Source of the DNA: Candidatus Heimdallarchaeota archaeon | Lineage (GTDB): Archaea; Asgardarchaeota; Heimdallarchaeia; Heimdallarchaeales; Heimdallarchaeaceae | Assembly: GCA_030603365.1 (NCBI GenBank) | Contig: JAUVXV010000011.1 | Span: forward strand, 79,307 to 143,306 | Reading direction: 5' to 3' | Length of the DNA: 64,000 bases | Part shown: positions 1 to 10,005 of the stretch, piece by piece | How the letters are laid out: each line of letters opens with the position of its first letter | Position numbering within the stretch: position 1 is the stretch's first letter | Position numbers and translations under genes: made by a program | Notes under the pieces: model-generated | The model's database searches: none | What the model was told of the DNA's origin: nothing | What the model saw: only the letters and a program-made list of their open reading frames with translations

Positions 1-967
1 GTACAGCAAAATGCAATATTGCAAGAATCTTTTCATTACCTATCTTTTTACTAAGGGGAACAATAGCTAAACTACCAAGAGCTATACCCGCATTTGAAGC
101 AGCTAATATTATAGCCCATTGCATGTCAGAAGCAGACAGGTCGTCAATAATGTATTTCCGAATGAAAGGAACTGCAATCCCAGACGTAAAACCAATTATA
201 GATTCACAGAAAAAGAAAGCTAATAGCTGGAAACCAATTGGTTTTTTACTTTTCTCCTCATATTTCTTCCAATCTTCTCCTTTAGAAATCTTTTTTGCTT
301 CTTCCTTTGAAGCTTCAGGAACAGGAAATCTAAAAGAAAGAAACATAGTTACAATCAGAAAAATAGCAATAAATAGGATCATGTTCATGTAGGGACCTTT
401 ATCTGCGATAAGATGAAAATAACTAAATTCCCCTCCTTGAAATGGAGTAAAGACCCCTTGATGAGTCCTATAATTAGCATAAATAGAAAGATATACCCCT
501 CCCAATAATGGTGCAATAACTCCTGCCATATTCCAGAAAAAATGCATAAAGCTAAAGAACCGGGTTTTCTCTTCCTTTGATGGAGTTATATCTGCCAGTA
601 GAGTAGTTAGAGAAATCTGAGTTAGTGATCTAGACACACCAAATAATGAATAAGCAGCGATCATCCACCCTTTCAAATCAGTAAAACTAGTTGCGTAAAA
701 TAAGAACATGGAAATTCCAGCTGCTCCCAAACCTACAATCATAGTATACTTTCTTTTTCTAACATCTGTTATGTATCCAAGACCAATGATAAGACCTGAA
801 GCTAAATATCCAGCTACTGCAAAAATCAATCCATAATAGAAGTCATTCCAATTGAGAAAAATGATGAATAAAGGGATAACATACTGAGTCAACCTATTGC
901 TCAAACCAATCAAGGTTCTGTAGAATATGATCGAATAGGCTTGCTTATTTTCATCAAGATTGAACAT
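1..967 (-). CDS. MFS transporter (runs off the left window edge)
   Basis: Not in the ORF track. Manual translation from ATG at 967: MFNLDENKQAYSIIFYRTLIGLSNRLTQYVIPLF...LGYITDVRKRKYTMIVGLG, an MFS motif-A-like G-x3-D-x2-R/K-R/K with many TM segments. A TTTTTAAA box lies at about 993-1000. Confidence 0.85.
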   Translation of the reverse strand, partial: MFNLDENKQAYSIIFYRTLIGLSNRLTQYVIPLFIIFLNWNDFYYGLIFAVAGYLASGLIIGLGYITDVRKRKYTMIVGLGAAGISMFLFYATSFTDLKGWMIAAYSLFGVSRSLTQISLTTLLADITPSKEEKTRFFSFMHFFWNMAGVIAPLLGGVYLSIYANYRTHQGVFTPFQGGEFSYFHLIADKGPYMNMILFIAIFLIVTMFLSFRFPVPEASKEEAKKISKGEDWKKYEEKSKKPIGFQLLAFFFCESIIGFTSGIAVPFIRKYIIDDLSASDMQWAIILAASNAGIALGSLAIVPLSKKIGNEKILAILHFAV

Positions 968-1017
968 AGAATAACCACTGCAGATATTTCCGTTTAAAAA
1001 ATATTTTGAAAGTGGCT

Positions 1018-1842
1018 TTATTCATTCTCTAATTTCTCGATTAACTCAACTAGAGGAAGGCTATGTGCTGCGATATTTGTCCCGAGATCGTAGTATTTTG
1101 AACCTTCAACAGCCTCATGAATTCCACTGGTTATTTCAGCAGCATGAGCTTTGTCTTTTTCAGCTGCTACAAAGATGCAATTTCCTTTCACTTTACTTAG
1201 TTGTTCATCAGTTATTTTGAATTTTCTTTGGATAAGCATGGTTTTCCTGACACGACGGATATTATAACTATCAAAATATCCCCAGTATTTTTTTGCTTGT
1301 TCCTTTTGGCTTCTATCTAGGTAGATATAACGAATAATGAATTTAGCTATTGGTTTGACGAGTAAGTGCCAAACAGGACGGGTATTAATATAAACAAATG
1401 GCCAGGTATAACCTGGAACTTCAAGTCTAAGAACAGGTCCAATCATATAAATTGATTTGGGTGACATGAGACCCATACTCATGGCTAGCAAAGTAAAACC
1501 TGCTCCATAACTTGAAGCAATCATCAGATAATCTTTCAACTGTAGGAAGTCGATAACTTCAGCTATATCACGAGCAAATCTTTCAGGTGAAAAATCAGGC
1601 TTTTTACCTAACTGAGCAGTATGCTTTTCTCTAGTTTCAATAACATAAATTCTATAATTCTTCATCATCTCTAGAAGTACTTTATCCCATGCACTTGGTA
1701 AACTACCAAAACCAGGTAAGAGAACAAGAGTATCTTTTATTTTACCTTCTGGTTCATAGAAATGAACCTTAAGTAAATCTGTCTCAGTATCACCTACCTG
1801 AACATATTGAGAAGTCGCGTATTGCTCAAATTCGGAACTCAT
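1018..1842 (-). CDS. alpha/beta-fold hydrolase
   Basis: LLPGFGS oxyanion-type motif, ASSYG nucleophile elbow, AEKD and C-terminal AAH positions match the Ser-Asp-His triad layout. Confidence 0.8.
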   Translation of the reverse strand: MSSEFEQYATSQYVQVGDTETDLLKVHFYEPEGKIKDTLVLLPGFGSLPSAWDKVLLEMMKNYRIYVIETREKHTAQLGKKPDFSPERFARDIAEVIDFLQLKDYLMIASSYGAGFTLLAMSMGLMSPKSIYMIGPVLRLEVPGYTWPFVYINTRPVWHLLVKPIAKFIIRYIYLDRSQKEQAKKYWGYFDSYNIRRVRKTMLIQRKFKITDEQLSKVKGNCIFVAAEKDKAHAAEITSGIHEAVEGSKYYDLGTNIAAHSLPLVELIEKLENE

Positions 1843-1949
1843 ACATTTGTTTTTTATTAGTCTTTTTTAAATTTATACTTATTTTCGAGAAGGGAAAGGT
1901 TATTTATTGTCTTTTGATATGTTCATGAATAGAACAGATCAAGTGAGGA

Positions 1950-3110
1950 TTGCTTGTGTCTTTGAAGAATATTGAACAAACAATACAGTTTTTTGAAAAT
2001 AGTAAGAATACAATTCAAGATATATTTGATTCAGGATTTTGCAATTTTTGTGGAGCATGCATACACAGCTGTCCTGTGGATGCGATTGAATATTTAGATC
2101 CTCAAATATTAGTTAAAGAAAACTGCATCCAATGTGGAAGTTGCTTGGAACTATGCTCTCAAAATCAAGAAGTAAGGTATTCCAAACAAATGATTAGTAT
2201 TGAGAAAAATGACCAAATTAAGGATATTCATTCAAAAATTGCCGAAGTTCCTTTAGGTCGTTTCAAAGAAATCTGGAATGGTTTCTCTAGTTCTAGAAAA
2301 ACGAGAAATGTAACTATGGTGGGGGGAGTTACAACTAGCCTATTGCATACTGCTTTATCAGAAAATGTAGTTGATGCAGTTCTTATTCCAGAATTTACTG
2401 AGAAAAAACAAAATCCTAGAGGAAAGTTAATTTCAAATCCAGAAGAATTACTTCAATCAGGAGGAAGCAAATATTTACCTACTCTTTCTCTAGATAGACT
2501 TGATGAAATTGCGAATAACCAAGATATAGATAGAATAGCAATCACAACATTACCATGTCAAGCATATGTGATTAAGAAAATGTTTCTCGATACTCAATAT
2601 GAGAAACTTGTTAAAAAGATTCATCTAGTATTAACATTGTTTTGTGGGAGTGGGATTCCCTATAGAGATGATGTAGAATTCTTTCTGAAAGCCAAAGGAG
2701 TTACAGAAAGTTTATCAGAATTGAAAGTGATTCGAAGAAGAGAAAAAAGGATATGGCGAATTAATCCTCAAGACATTGAAAGATATATCTTTATTACAAA
2801 GGATGGTAAGGAAGTAAGTATCTCATCTAGTAGAATTCTAAGATGCAAAACTAAATCTAATTGTAGTACAATTTGTCCTGATTATACAGGTTATTTTAGT
2901 GATGTTTCAATAGGGGCATCTCACATATCTTCAAACATAATTATTGCAAGAACAGAAAAAGGAAGAAAATTAGTTAACTTGGCTATTGAAAAAGAAATTA
3001 TCAAAACAAGAAATTTCTCGAAAATTAACAACTTTTTAATTAATTTCATGGGCAAAAATAAAAGGGATCTAAAAAGAAAGTCATATCAAAAATTTTTCAA
3101 AAACAAGTAA
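1950..3110 (+). CDS. Coenzyme F420 hydrogenase/dehydrogenase beta-subunit family (FrhB/FdhB-like) with N-terminal 2x[4Fe-4S]
   Basis: CNFCGACIHSCP and CIQCGSCLELC ferredoxin motifs, GGVTTSLL, GSKY, LPCQ, LFC and CPDY..DVSIG motifs. Confidence 0.85.
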   Translation: MLVSLKNIEQTIQFFENSKNTIQDIFDSGFCNFCGACIHSCPVDAIEYLDPQILVKENCIQCGSCLELCSQNQEVRYSKQMISIEKNDQIKDIHSKIAEVPLGRFKEIWNGFSSSRKTRNVTMVGGVTTSLLHTALSENVVDAVLIPEFTEKKQNPRGKLISNPEELLQSGGSKYLPTLSLDRLDEIANNQDIDRIAITTLPCQAYVIKKMFLDTQYEKLVKKIHLVLTLFCGSGIPYRDDVEFFLKAKGVTESLSELKVIRRREKRIWRINPQDIERYIFITKDGKEVSISSSRILRCKTKSNCSTICPDYTGYFSDVSIGASHISSNIIIARTEKGRKLVNLAIEKEIIKTRNFSKINNFLINFMGKNKRDLKRKSYQKFFKNK

Positions 3111-3187
3111 GTTTAATATAACTCAATACATGTGGAATTACTAGTTTGCTAAATAGAAAAGGACTAAAAAGCTACTATTGATTTTTT

Positions 3188-4492
3188 TTAGTCCTTCTTC
3201 AAGTCTTCAGGTTTTACACTTGTTTCAGCTAGAATTTTTTCTTCTACTAGCAAAGCTAATTCAGGCTCTACACTCTTCTTATCGTGAAAAACTAGCTTAA
3301 GAAGTAGCGGTGCCATAATGACTGTCACAAAAACAAGCATGATTGCCATAGTGTAAATGTTTGAATCAAATATACCACGTTGAACACCAATTCCTGCTAT
3401 TACAAGTACAATTTCAGCTCTTGGAGACGTTCCTACAGCAATTTTTAATGCAGATTTATTGCCGAAACCCATGATTCTTGAACCTGCAAAAGTCCCAATA
3501 CCTTTAGAAAGTATTGCTAGAAGAATAATTAGTACCATAATAAAAGAGATTCCTCCAGAACTAAAATCAAAATTGCTTCCTACTGAAAAGAAGAACAACG
3601 GAATGAATATCCCTTCTCCGAATTTGATTATGGGTTCTTTGATTTCTCCTATAATTAACTTATTTTGCTGCAGAGATAAGCCCAAAAGAAACGCCATAAC
3701 AACTCCAGAGAAATGAAGGGCTTCTGCAAAATAATCAATCAAAACTAATAAACCAAAAACTATTCCTAAGGCAAAATAAGGCGTTTTTGCAGAAGAGAAA
3801 ATATTGTAATTGTTTTCAAGAAATTTTAGAATTCTCGGTAAGATGAACATAATAACAATTATAAACAATGCTAAATATCCCAGATCTTTTAATAGAGTAA
3901 TAATCCAGTTCCCTTCTTCCGGTGCAAAAAGAGCACCAGAAAGAACTAATACAAGGATTAAGGCAATAAAATCATCAAATACAGCAACAGAAAGCGTAGT
4001 CTGCCCCTCTTTTGACCCTAATTTACCTAAGGAATTTAAAGTTCTAACTGTTACACCTATACTAGTAGCTGTGAAAAGAGTACCGAAGAAAATTGCAAAA
4101 AGAATATCTTTCTTAATTAGGAAATAACCGGTTAATATTCCTCCAATCAATGCAATGGAAACCTCAATAAGTGAAATGAATAAACTATTTTTTCCAATTT
4201 TCCTTAAATCTCCGATGTTTATCTCCAAACCAACAATAAACAATAAAAGAAGAATGCCAATTTGTGAAAATTGCTCTAAAATCTCACCGTCCATAAATGT
4301 GCTTAATACTTCACTTCCCTTATCGCCAAATAATAGGAATATAGGCCCACCAATGAGAACTCCAGCAAGTAGTTCACCTAGAATGGATGAAAGTTTTAAC
4401 CTTTCGAATATTTCTCCTAAAATTCGTGCACTAAGAAGTCCGATTCCAATAAACAACAGTATGCGCAGAACTTGATCACTCATCTTCTCCAC
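3188..4492 (-). CDS. Cation:proton antiporter, CPA2 (NapA/KefB-like)
   Basis: About 12-13 TM segments; GELLAGVLIG, LLFIVGLE, ATSIGVT, AVFDD, PLFFFSVG and PRAE motifs. Confidence 0.92.
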   Translation of the reverse strand: MEKMSDQVLRILLFIGIGLLSARILGEIFERLKLSSILGELLAGVLIGGPIFLLFGDKGSEVLSTFMDGEILEQFSQIGILLLLFIVGLEINIGDLRKIGKNSLFISLIEVSIALIGGILTGYFLIKKDILFAIFFGTLFTATSIGVTVRTLNSLGKLGSKEGQTTLSVAVFDDFIALILVLVLSGALFAPEEGNWIITLLKDLGYLALFIIVIMFILPRILKFLENNYNIFSSAKTPYFALGIVFGLLVLIDYFAEALHFSGVVMAFLLGLSLQQNKLIIGEIKEPIIKFGEGIFIPLFFFSVGSNFDFSSGGISFIMVLIILLAILSKGIGTFAGSRIMGFGNKSALKIAVGTSPRAEIVLVIAGIGVQRGIFDSNIYTMAIMLVFVTVIMAPLLLKLVFHDKKSVEPELALLVEEKILAETSVKPEDLKKD

Positions 4493-4994
4493 GCTCGAGT
4501 TCTAAGATGAGCATTTTAGAATCAATACTAGTTTCCTTCCATATGTTTCGTACAGAAAGAATTATATCATTTATTGAGATTAGACCTTCAACAGGGTCAT
4601 CTTTTGTCTTAGCTCTTGGCAAGACAGTAGATTCATATTTTGTCATACATTCAGTAACACGGGAGATTTTGTCGTCATCTACGATAATAGGCAAGTTTTG
4701 ATTAGCTAAATCTCTAGCTGTAGTACTGGAAAAAGCCTTTGCTTTTGAAAGAACATTAGATATATCTGTATGAAATGTCGAAAATAGTACTACAAGGTCT
4801 TTTGGAGATATTAGTCCATAATATTTGCCTTCCTCATCTACAACTATCAGAGTTTTTGAATCCTGATGGAAAGATTCATCCAGAATAAAAAAACAAGCAG
4901 TTGTTTCAACAATTGAAGGAACTTTGAGTATTGAAAAGTCTCCAGCTTTCATTTCTTTAATTTTGGAGATGAAAATATCAAATAAGGTTTCCAT
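4476..4994 (-). CDS. CBS-domain pair protein, overlapping the antiporter start
   Basis: Two CBS repeats (VVDEEGKYYGLISPKDL; VEGLISINDII); overlaps the antiporter start by 17 nt. Confidence 0.8.
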   Translation of the reverse strand: METLFDIFISKIKEMKAGDFSILKVPSIVETTACFFILDESFHQDSKTLIVVDEEGKYYGLISPKDLVVLFSTFHTDISNVLSKAKAFSSTTARDLANQNLPIIVDDDKISRVTECMTKYESTVLPRAKTKDDPVEGLISINDIILSVRNIWKETSIDSKMLILELERGEDE

Positions 4995-5084
4995 ATAAAA
5001 GATTAGTTGGTAAAGAATAAATAAAGCTTACGTAACTTTAATCTAGCGTATAAAAAGATAAATAACTCTAAGTTATAGAACTAT

Positions 5085-5246
5085 GTTTTAGTAGCAGCAA
5101 CAGATTTCTCTGCTTTTAATGAGAGTACAGTTGCTTTTGGAGATGATTTGTATTCAGTAGTTATACTATTAGTTTTAGTAATTGTGTTACGAACACTGAT
5201 ACTTTAGAGATTTGTTTCCAGAACTCCAAAAAGTAAACAAAAATAA
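5085..5246 (+). pseudogene. Orphan 3' remnant of a CPA2-antiporter paralog
   Basis: Translates to VLVAATDFSAFNESTVAFGDDLYSVVILLVLVIVLRTLIL*RFVSRTPKSKQK*, resembling the last TM of 3188..4492 (VLVIAGIG...FDSNIYTMAIMLVFVTVIMAPLLLKLVF). Internal TAG at 5205 and no start codon. Confidence 0.4.
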
Positions 5247-5275
5247 ATAGAATTAGTAGAAAAAAAAGAGAAAAA

Positions 5276-5695
5276 TTAATCCTCTTCTTTCTTTATTAGA
5301 TAACGATCAGAAAAATGTTGGATGAGTTTTCTTGCTGCTTGATAATCTAGGTTCAGTTTATCCCCCCACATTGATTTAGCTCTTTCTAGTTTTCCCATCA
5401 ACAACCCTAATTTCAATCCAGTAACTGTATTTCTAGTGAATAATTCATTTCCTCTGAAGTTGACTACACCATATTCTTGCATGACTTTTCCAAATTGTTG
5501 GCATATCTGATTATATTCTTCAGTTGTTTCGTCTACAGATTGATCAAAATTCTTTATCTTCTTTATACCTACAAAATCTATCAATGATAGATAAGGATAG
5601 AAACTAATTAACTGGGTTACAAAATCATCTAAATCTAGAAAACTTTCAGCAATTTGATCAGGAATCCACACATTATACTTTGTTTTTTCGCTCAT
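5276..5695 (-). CDS. hypothetical protein (third gene of a tight 3-gene operon)
   Basis: 139-aa ORF 8 nt after the previous stop, followed by an oligo-T tract. Confidence 0.7.
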   Translation of the reverse strand: MSEKTKYNVWIPDQIAESFLDLDDFVTQLISFYPYLSLIDFVGIKKIKNFDQSVDETTEEYNQICQQFGKVMQEYGVVNFRGNELFTRNTVTGLKLGLLMGKLERAKSMWGDKLNLDYQAARKLIQHFSDRYLIKKEED

Positions 5696-5703
5696 ATAAG
5701 CAC

Positions 5704-6054
5704 CTACAGTTTATTTAAAGACTCAAGAGCTTTTCCTAGTTCTACAATAGCCAGGTAATCATCTTCATACTCTAGAAGCATTTCAGTTTGGATCTTTATT
5801 TTCTTTTTTGTTTCAATCAGATCATCAGATTTCTGTCGAATTCTATCTTCCAGTAATTTAAAATTAAGCATTGCCAATATTGAATGCCATGATTCTAGTG
5901 TAATCATTTCTGTAGATTCATCTAAGAATTGCTCAATTTTATTGACAATTGTATCTGGATGACTGTCTAGCTTTTTTGCTAATTGAATGACCTTTCGCTT
6001 CTGATTATAATTAAGCTCATATTTCACATATTTTTTCTTCTTTGAAAATACCAT
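5704..6054 (-). CDS. hypothetical helical protein
   Basis: 116-aa ORF 2 nt after the previous stop. Confidence 0.7.
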   Translation of the reverse strand: MVFSKKKKYVKYELNYNQKRKVIQLAKKLDSHPDTIVNKIEQFLDESTEMITLESWHSILAMLNFKLLEDRIRQKSDDLIETKKKIKIQTEMLLEYEDDYLAIVELGKALESLNKL

Positions 6055-6056
6055 AG

Positions 6057-6572
6057 TTATCCCTTTTTACCTAACCAATTTTTTTCTATAACATAAGTAT
6101 CAACTGCTGATAGTGTCATAACTTCTATAGTCTTAGCAATCGTCACATCATCATTGAAGTCAGGATCCAAACCTGCTACACCACTTACATGGACTATCTT
6201 GTAGATTGCGAGAGAAGATCCTTCGTTAAAGTCTATTGTACGCTCTAATATCGCTTCAAATGAGATGACCGAATTAACATAAATAGGAGCATTAATCTTC
6301 ACTCCTTTTTGTAAATTGTTCTTATCTAATTGCTCTTTGGAGTAAGCAGCTATAAGTATAGAATCCTCTCCTCTCCTTAAGAGGTTGAAGCTTATTTCAT
6401 TTGGAGCTGAAACTGAACAAATATCCACTATAAGCTTAGCTTCTTTCAGTGCAAAATAATTTGTTATAACATGGAGATTATGTGCTTCTAAATTCCCACT
6501 AATTCCAAGCATTGGACTTATAGAAACTAAATATCTTGATAGCTCAGGAGATAGTTCAAGTCTATCAAACAT
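6057..6572 (-). CDS. Divergent flavin-reductase-like (FMN-binding split barrel) protein
   Basis: APIYVNSVISFEAILERTIDFNEGSSLAIYKIVHV resembles the AP-x5-(F/L)EC-x6-GDH-LF-G-V pattern, but the Cys and DH are missing. Confidence 0.45.
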   Translation of the reverse strand: MFDRLELSPELSRYLVSISPMLGISGNLEAHNLHVITNYFALKEAKLIVDICSVSAPNEISFNLLRRGEDSILIAAYSKEQLDKNNLQKGVKINAPIYVNSVISFEAILERTIDFNEGSSLAIYKIVHVSGVAGLDPDFNDDVTIAKTIEVMTLSAVDTYVIEKNWLGKKG

Positions 6573-6639
6573 AAGTCATAGAGAAAACATCCATTTAAGA
6601 AAGTTACTCATCGGTTGTTTTCTTTGGTCTTACTTACGA

Positions 6640-7116
6640 ATGAGTTATATGTCTTGTTACGCAATGATATTTATGGAAGAACTTTCTTTTAAGCAGTTTA
6701 TTGAAAAATCTTCTAACGTTCTAGAGAAGTATCGTGCAAATATTGCAAGATTAGGTAAACTAAGAGAACAAATGGAAAAGCAGTTTTTCTCTCCAGCTGA
6801 AATGGTTGAACACTTCTATGCAAATAAGAGTGAGTATTTTGCTTGGCAAGAATTTCAAGACTCGATAATAAATTTAGAGGAAGCATATAATGAACTTGTG
6901 GGGAATATGATGGATGCAAATGGTGATCCTGAAGCTTATCAATATTTCCTTAGAGATAAAAGAATCCCTGTTCTAGTCTATCCTGAAAGTGATTCAGAAG
7001 ATTCCGATGAGGACGAATTATTTGATGAAGAAACAGTTGATCGAATAGCTCAAGAAATCGTGGATGAACTTGCGGGTGAAACAGAGAAACAAGAAGATCA
7101 AAAAGCAAAGAAGTAG
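6640..7116 (+). CDS. hypothetical protein, coiled-coil with acidic C-terminal tail
   Basis: 158-aa ORF; the real start may be at 6664 or 6673; ESDSEDSDEDE tract. Confidence 0.7.
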   Translation: MSYMSCYAMIFMEELSFKQFIEKSSNVLEKYRANIARLGKLREQMEKQFFSPAEMVEHFYANKSEYFAWQEFQDSIINLEEAYNELVGNMMDANGDPEAYQYFLRDKRIPVLVYPESDSEDSDEDELFDEETVDRIAQEIVDELAGETEKQEDQKAKK

Positions 7117-7117
7117 A

Positions 7118-7669
7118 TTATTCTTCTTTCAACAAATTTAGGAAGTTGGATAAAATCTGTTGAGTTAACCCCCATATTTTGTATTTTCCCACTCGATAAT
7201 ATTTACGAACTCCGCCCTTGTAAAAGCCAGTTTCTAATGTACTGGGCTCTAGTAAATGTGATAAATCAGCTTGAAAATATTCTTGAACTTCAAGAGGATT
7301 GATCTTAATAGTAGGGTTTCCCTTGATAAATCCAACAAAAGGGTACACATAATGATGGCTTGTTGAAATTATAGGTTTAAGTCGTCCTTTTAATTCAATA
7401 AATTCACTACTTATACCTATTTCTTCTTCTGTTTCCCTTAGAACTGTTTCAGAGAGACTAATATCTGATTCATCATGTCTTCCTCCAGGGAAAGCGATTT
7501 GTCCTTGGTGATGCTTCAGATTTTCTGTTCTTTTTGTAAATAAGATTTTATTATTGCTTTGAAAAATCGGAATTAGAACTGCTGCAAGTTTAAGATGAGG
7601 TTTATGTGAAACTGGATTTTCTAGAGGCTCTAAAACATTCTCCAATTTACTCAGCAGTTCCATAATCAT
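7118..7669 (-). CDS. Nudix hydrolase, CoA pyrophosphatase (NudL/NUDT7-like)
   Basis: AAVLIP, LFTKR..L..H.GQIAFPGG (NuCoA motif), RETEEEIG Nudix box, IWGLT. Confidence 0.92.
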   Translation of the reverse strand: MIMELLSKLENVLEPLENPVSHKPHLKLAAVLIPIFQSNNKILFTKRTENLKHHQGQIAFPGGRHDESDISLSETVLRETEEEIGISSEFIELKGRLKPIISTSHHYVYPFVGFIKGNPTIKINPLEVQEYFQADLSHLLEPSTLETGFYKGGVRKYYRVGKYKIWGLTQQILSNFLNLLKEE

Positions 7670-7734
7670 ACAAAAAACGATTGCTATTTCAATTCTTCGA
7701 AAGTGACTTTTCAGCAGAAAGAAAATTTGAACTC

Positions 7735-8304
7735 CTAATCATTGTTTTCTTCATCTGGATCATATTCTAAAGAAAATGTACTTTCTATCCATCCATGCAT
7801 ATCCTTTTCTTCCATTGATTTAGGTCTTGCACCTTCATCTGGATTCTTCTCTCTTTTCTTCTTCATTTTAGGAGAAAGATCTTTCTCAGAGATAAATTTT
7901 CCATTCTCAAATTTTAATTCAAAAACAGTTTCATAAGCAGATGTTCTCTGAAAACCCATATGGATATACATACTATCAATAAAGTCCTTAGCGATAATAA
8001 TTTTACCTGAAAAGTCGAGTTTGAGATTAAGATCCTGATAATGAAGTCTTAGACTCTCCTTTCTTACAACAGGTTTTACAGCGTTTATTTCTATTTCTTG
8101 CTCATCATTAACTTCCATATCTACAAGAGTTAGATAGTCATTTGTAATTGTAAAGTAAAGAACATAACCCCTCCAACATGCAGTATGTGGTGAGCGTGGA
8201 ACTAATCCATAATCTAATGGCGAAAAAAGCTCTCCCTTAGAAATTCCAGAAACAGAATATACTTCACCTTTATAGAGAAATGAATCAGATATTTGACCAG
8301 TCAT
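7735..8304 (-). CDS. conserved hypothetical protein (TACWRGY motif)
   Basis: MTGQISD start, TACWRGY and YIHMGF motifs, recalled from an uncharacterised mostly bacterial family. Confidence 0.7.
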   Translation of the reverse strand: MTGQISDSFLYKGEVYSVSGISKGELFSPLDYGLVPRSPHTACWRGYVLYFTITNDYLTLVDMEVNDEQEIEINAVKPVVRKESLRLHYQDLNLKLDFSGKIIIAKDFIDSMYIHMGFQRTSAYETVFELKFENGKFISEKDLSPKMKKKREKNPDEGARPKSMEEKDMHGWIESTFSLEYDPDEENND

Positions 8305-8361
8305 TAAAAATAATAAACAATAAAATAATAAAAAAGTGTTGTTAAATTAAAAGAAGAAAAA

Positions 8362-9000
8362 CTAGAATGTGGCTTTGATTTCCTCATCAAGTTTTTTGAC
8401 TTTCTCTTCTACACCCTCAATTAAGCCTTCAAGTTCCGCATGCATCTTCTCGGCATATTCTGCATCTTTATTCTTGATCCAACCGAGATTGATTTCTACA
8501 TTATGCATAGCACTTTTTAGACCAGTTAAAGCACAAAGAGCACCAACACCGATATCAGAAAGAGCTTGTTTGTTACCTTTGGTTCCCATCTCAAGATGTA
8601 GTTCAATCACTTTTCTACAGTCTTTAACTGTTTCAAGGGGAACTTCAGCAGCAACTTTGTATTCAGCTAAGATTTTTGCTGAACGAGCAGCTTTTTCTTC
8701 TTCAGTGTCTTTTGGCATTCCAAACGCCTTGATTACACCACTAAAGGCATTAGCATCTTTATCAGTAAGTTCGGTTAATTTGATTCGAAGTGCTTCTGTT
8801 TTTTCTAGTTTTGCTTTAAAGAATTCTTCTACATCTTCATAGCCTTGTTTACCAATAGTTAATCGAGCAACCATACTACCAAGGGCAGCTCCCATAGCTC
8901 CAGCTATACAAGCTGCAGATCCACCACCTGGTGCAGGAGCATCACTAGCTAGTTCATCTAAAAATTCTGTTATTACTTTCTCAATAAGCATTTTACTCAT
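8362..9000 (-). CDS. fchA: Formiminotetrahydrofolate cyclodeaminase
   Basis: FLDELASDAPAPGGGSAA, D.DANAF, GN...SD.GVG and NVEINL; ATG at 9000 overlaps the ftcD stop. Confidence 0.92.
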   Translation of the reverse strand: MSKMLIEKVITEFLDELASDAPAPGGGSAACIAGAMGAALGSMVARLTIGKQGYEDVEEFFKAKLEKTEALRIKLTELTDKDANAFSGVIKAFGMPKDTEEEKAARSAKILAEYKVAAEVPLETVKDCRKVIELHLEMGTKGNKQALSDIGVGALCALTGLKSAMHNVEINLGWIKNKDAEYAEKMHAELEGLIEGVEEKVKKLDEEIKATF

Positions 9001-9913
9001 CTTGTTCATCTTCTGTAAAAATTCTTTTTTCTATAATCTGATTTCTGTCAAAATTGTTCAATTGTAAAGAGCTTTCAGCAGCATCAAGGAGTGCATCTAA
9101 AGGTAGCATACCATAGATTTCTGACTCAGTTACTGCAACTCCGTATCGCTCAGCTTCTCTTTTAACCATATCAAAAACTCTGTGTAAAGGAGTACCTGTA
9201 TAATTAGTCACATTCATCGATACCTGAACTACTCCTCGTTCCTCAATATTCATAGCACCTGCTTGAATATATCTCAAACCACCACCTGAGTGTCTTATGT
9301 TTCGAGCAATTGCTTTGGCAATATCCATGTCGTTAGTATCAAGATAAATGTTGTACGCAATTAAGAAGTTTCTCGCTCCGATATTTATTGCACCAGCTGT
9401 TTCATGGGTTTGTCTTTTACCAAAATCTGGTATATAATCATCGTTTGTAGCTATCTCTTCCTTCAATTGTTCATACTGGAAAGATTTTGTTCTGTAATTC
9501 TGAAGAACTGCTCTATTGGGATTTTCTGTAGCATCACCATACAAATAAACTGGGATTTTCAAATCTTTTGCTATTTTTGCACCAAGTTTCTGTGCAAGTT
9601 TTGCACACTCTTCTAGAGTATAGTCAGAAACAGGTATGAATGGAATAACATCTGTAGAACCAAAACGATTGTGCTCTCCTTCATGTTCATTCATATCTAT
9701 TAATTCAGTAGCTTTTATACATCCTGCAAAAGCAGCTTTATAGCATTCGTTGGGTTCGCCAATAAATGTAATTACGGCTCGGTTATGATCAGGGTCCATT
9801 CTACTATCTAAGAGAGTAATCTTACCTGCTTTCTTAATAGATTCAAGAATTTGATCAATAACCTCTTGCCTTCTACCTTCTGAAAAGTTAGGAACACATT
9901 CAACTAAAGGCAT
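8993..9913 (-). CDS. ftcD: Glutamate formiminotransferase
   Basis: MPLVECVPNFSEGR, DPDHNRAV, HEGEHNRFGSTDVIPFIP, GARNFLIAYN and VQVSMN. Confidence 0.95.
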   Translation of the reverse strand: MPLVECVPNFSEGRRQEVIDQILESIKKAGKITLLDSRMDPDHNRAVITFIGEPNECYKAAFAGCIKATELIDMNEHEGEHNRFGSTDVIPFIPVSDYTLEECAKLAQKLGAKIAKDLKIPVYLYGDATENPNRAVLQNYRTKSFQYEQLKEEIATNDDYIPDFGKRQTHETAGAINIGARNFLIAYNIYLDTNDMDIAKAIARNIRHSGGGLRYIQAGAMNIEERGVVQVSMNVTNYTGTPLHRVFDMVKREAERYGVAVTESEIYGMLPLDALLDAAESSLQLNNFDRNQIIEKRIFTEDEQDE

Positions 9914-10005
9914 ATTTTCACCTTGTGTTAGCAACAATAAAATGAATATATATATCTTAGCATGAAGCTTTGAATCATTTAAAAAGAATGAAAAGAAGGG
10001 GTAAG

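Noticed and set aside
123-4701. Short antisense ORFs (e.g. 123..392, 3459..3716, 3810..4127, 4155..4475) and similar ones throughout the track
   Set aside because: They shadow well-supported genes on the opposite strand or in another frame and have no motifs.
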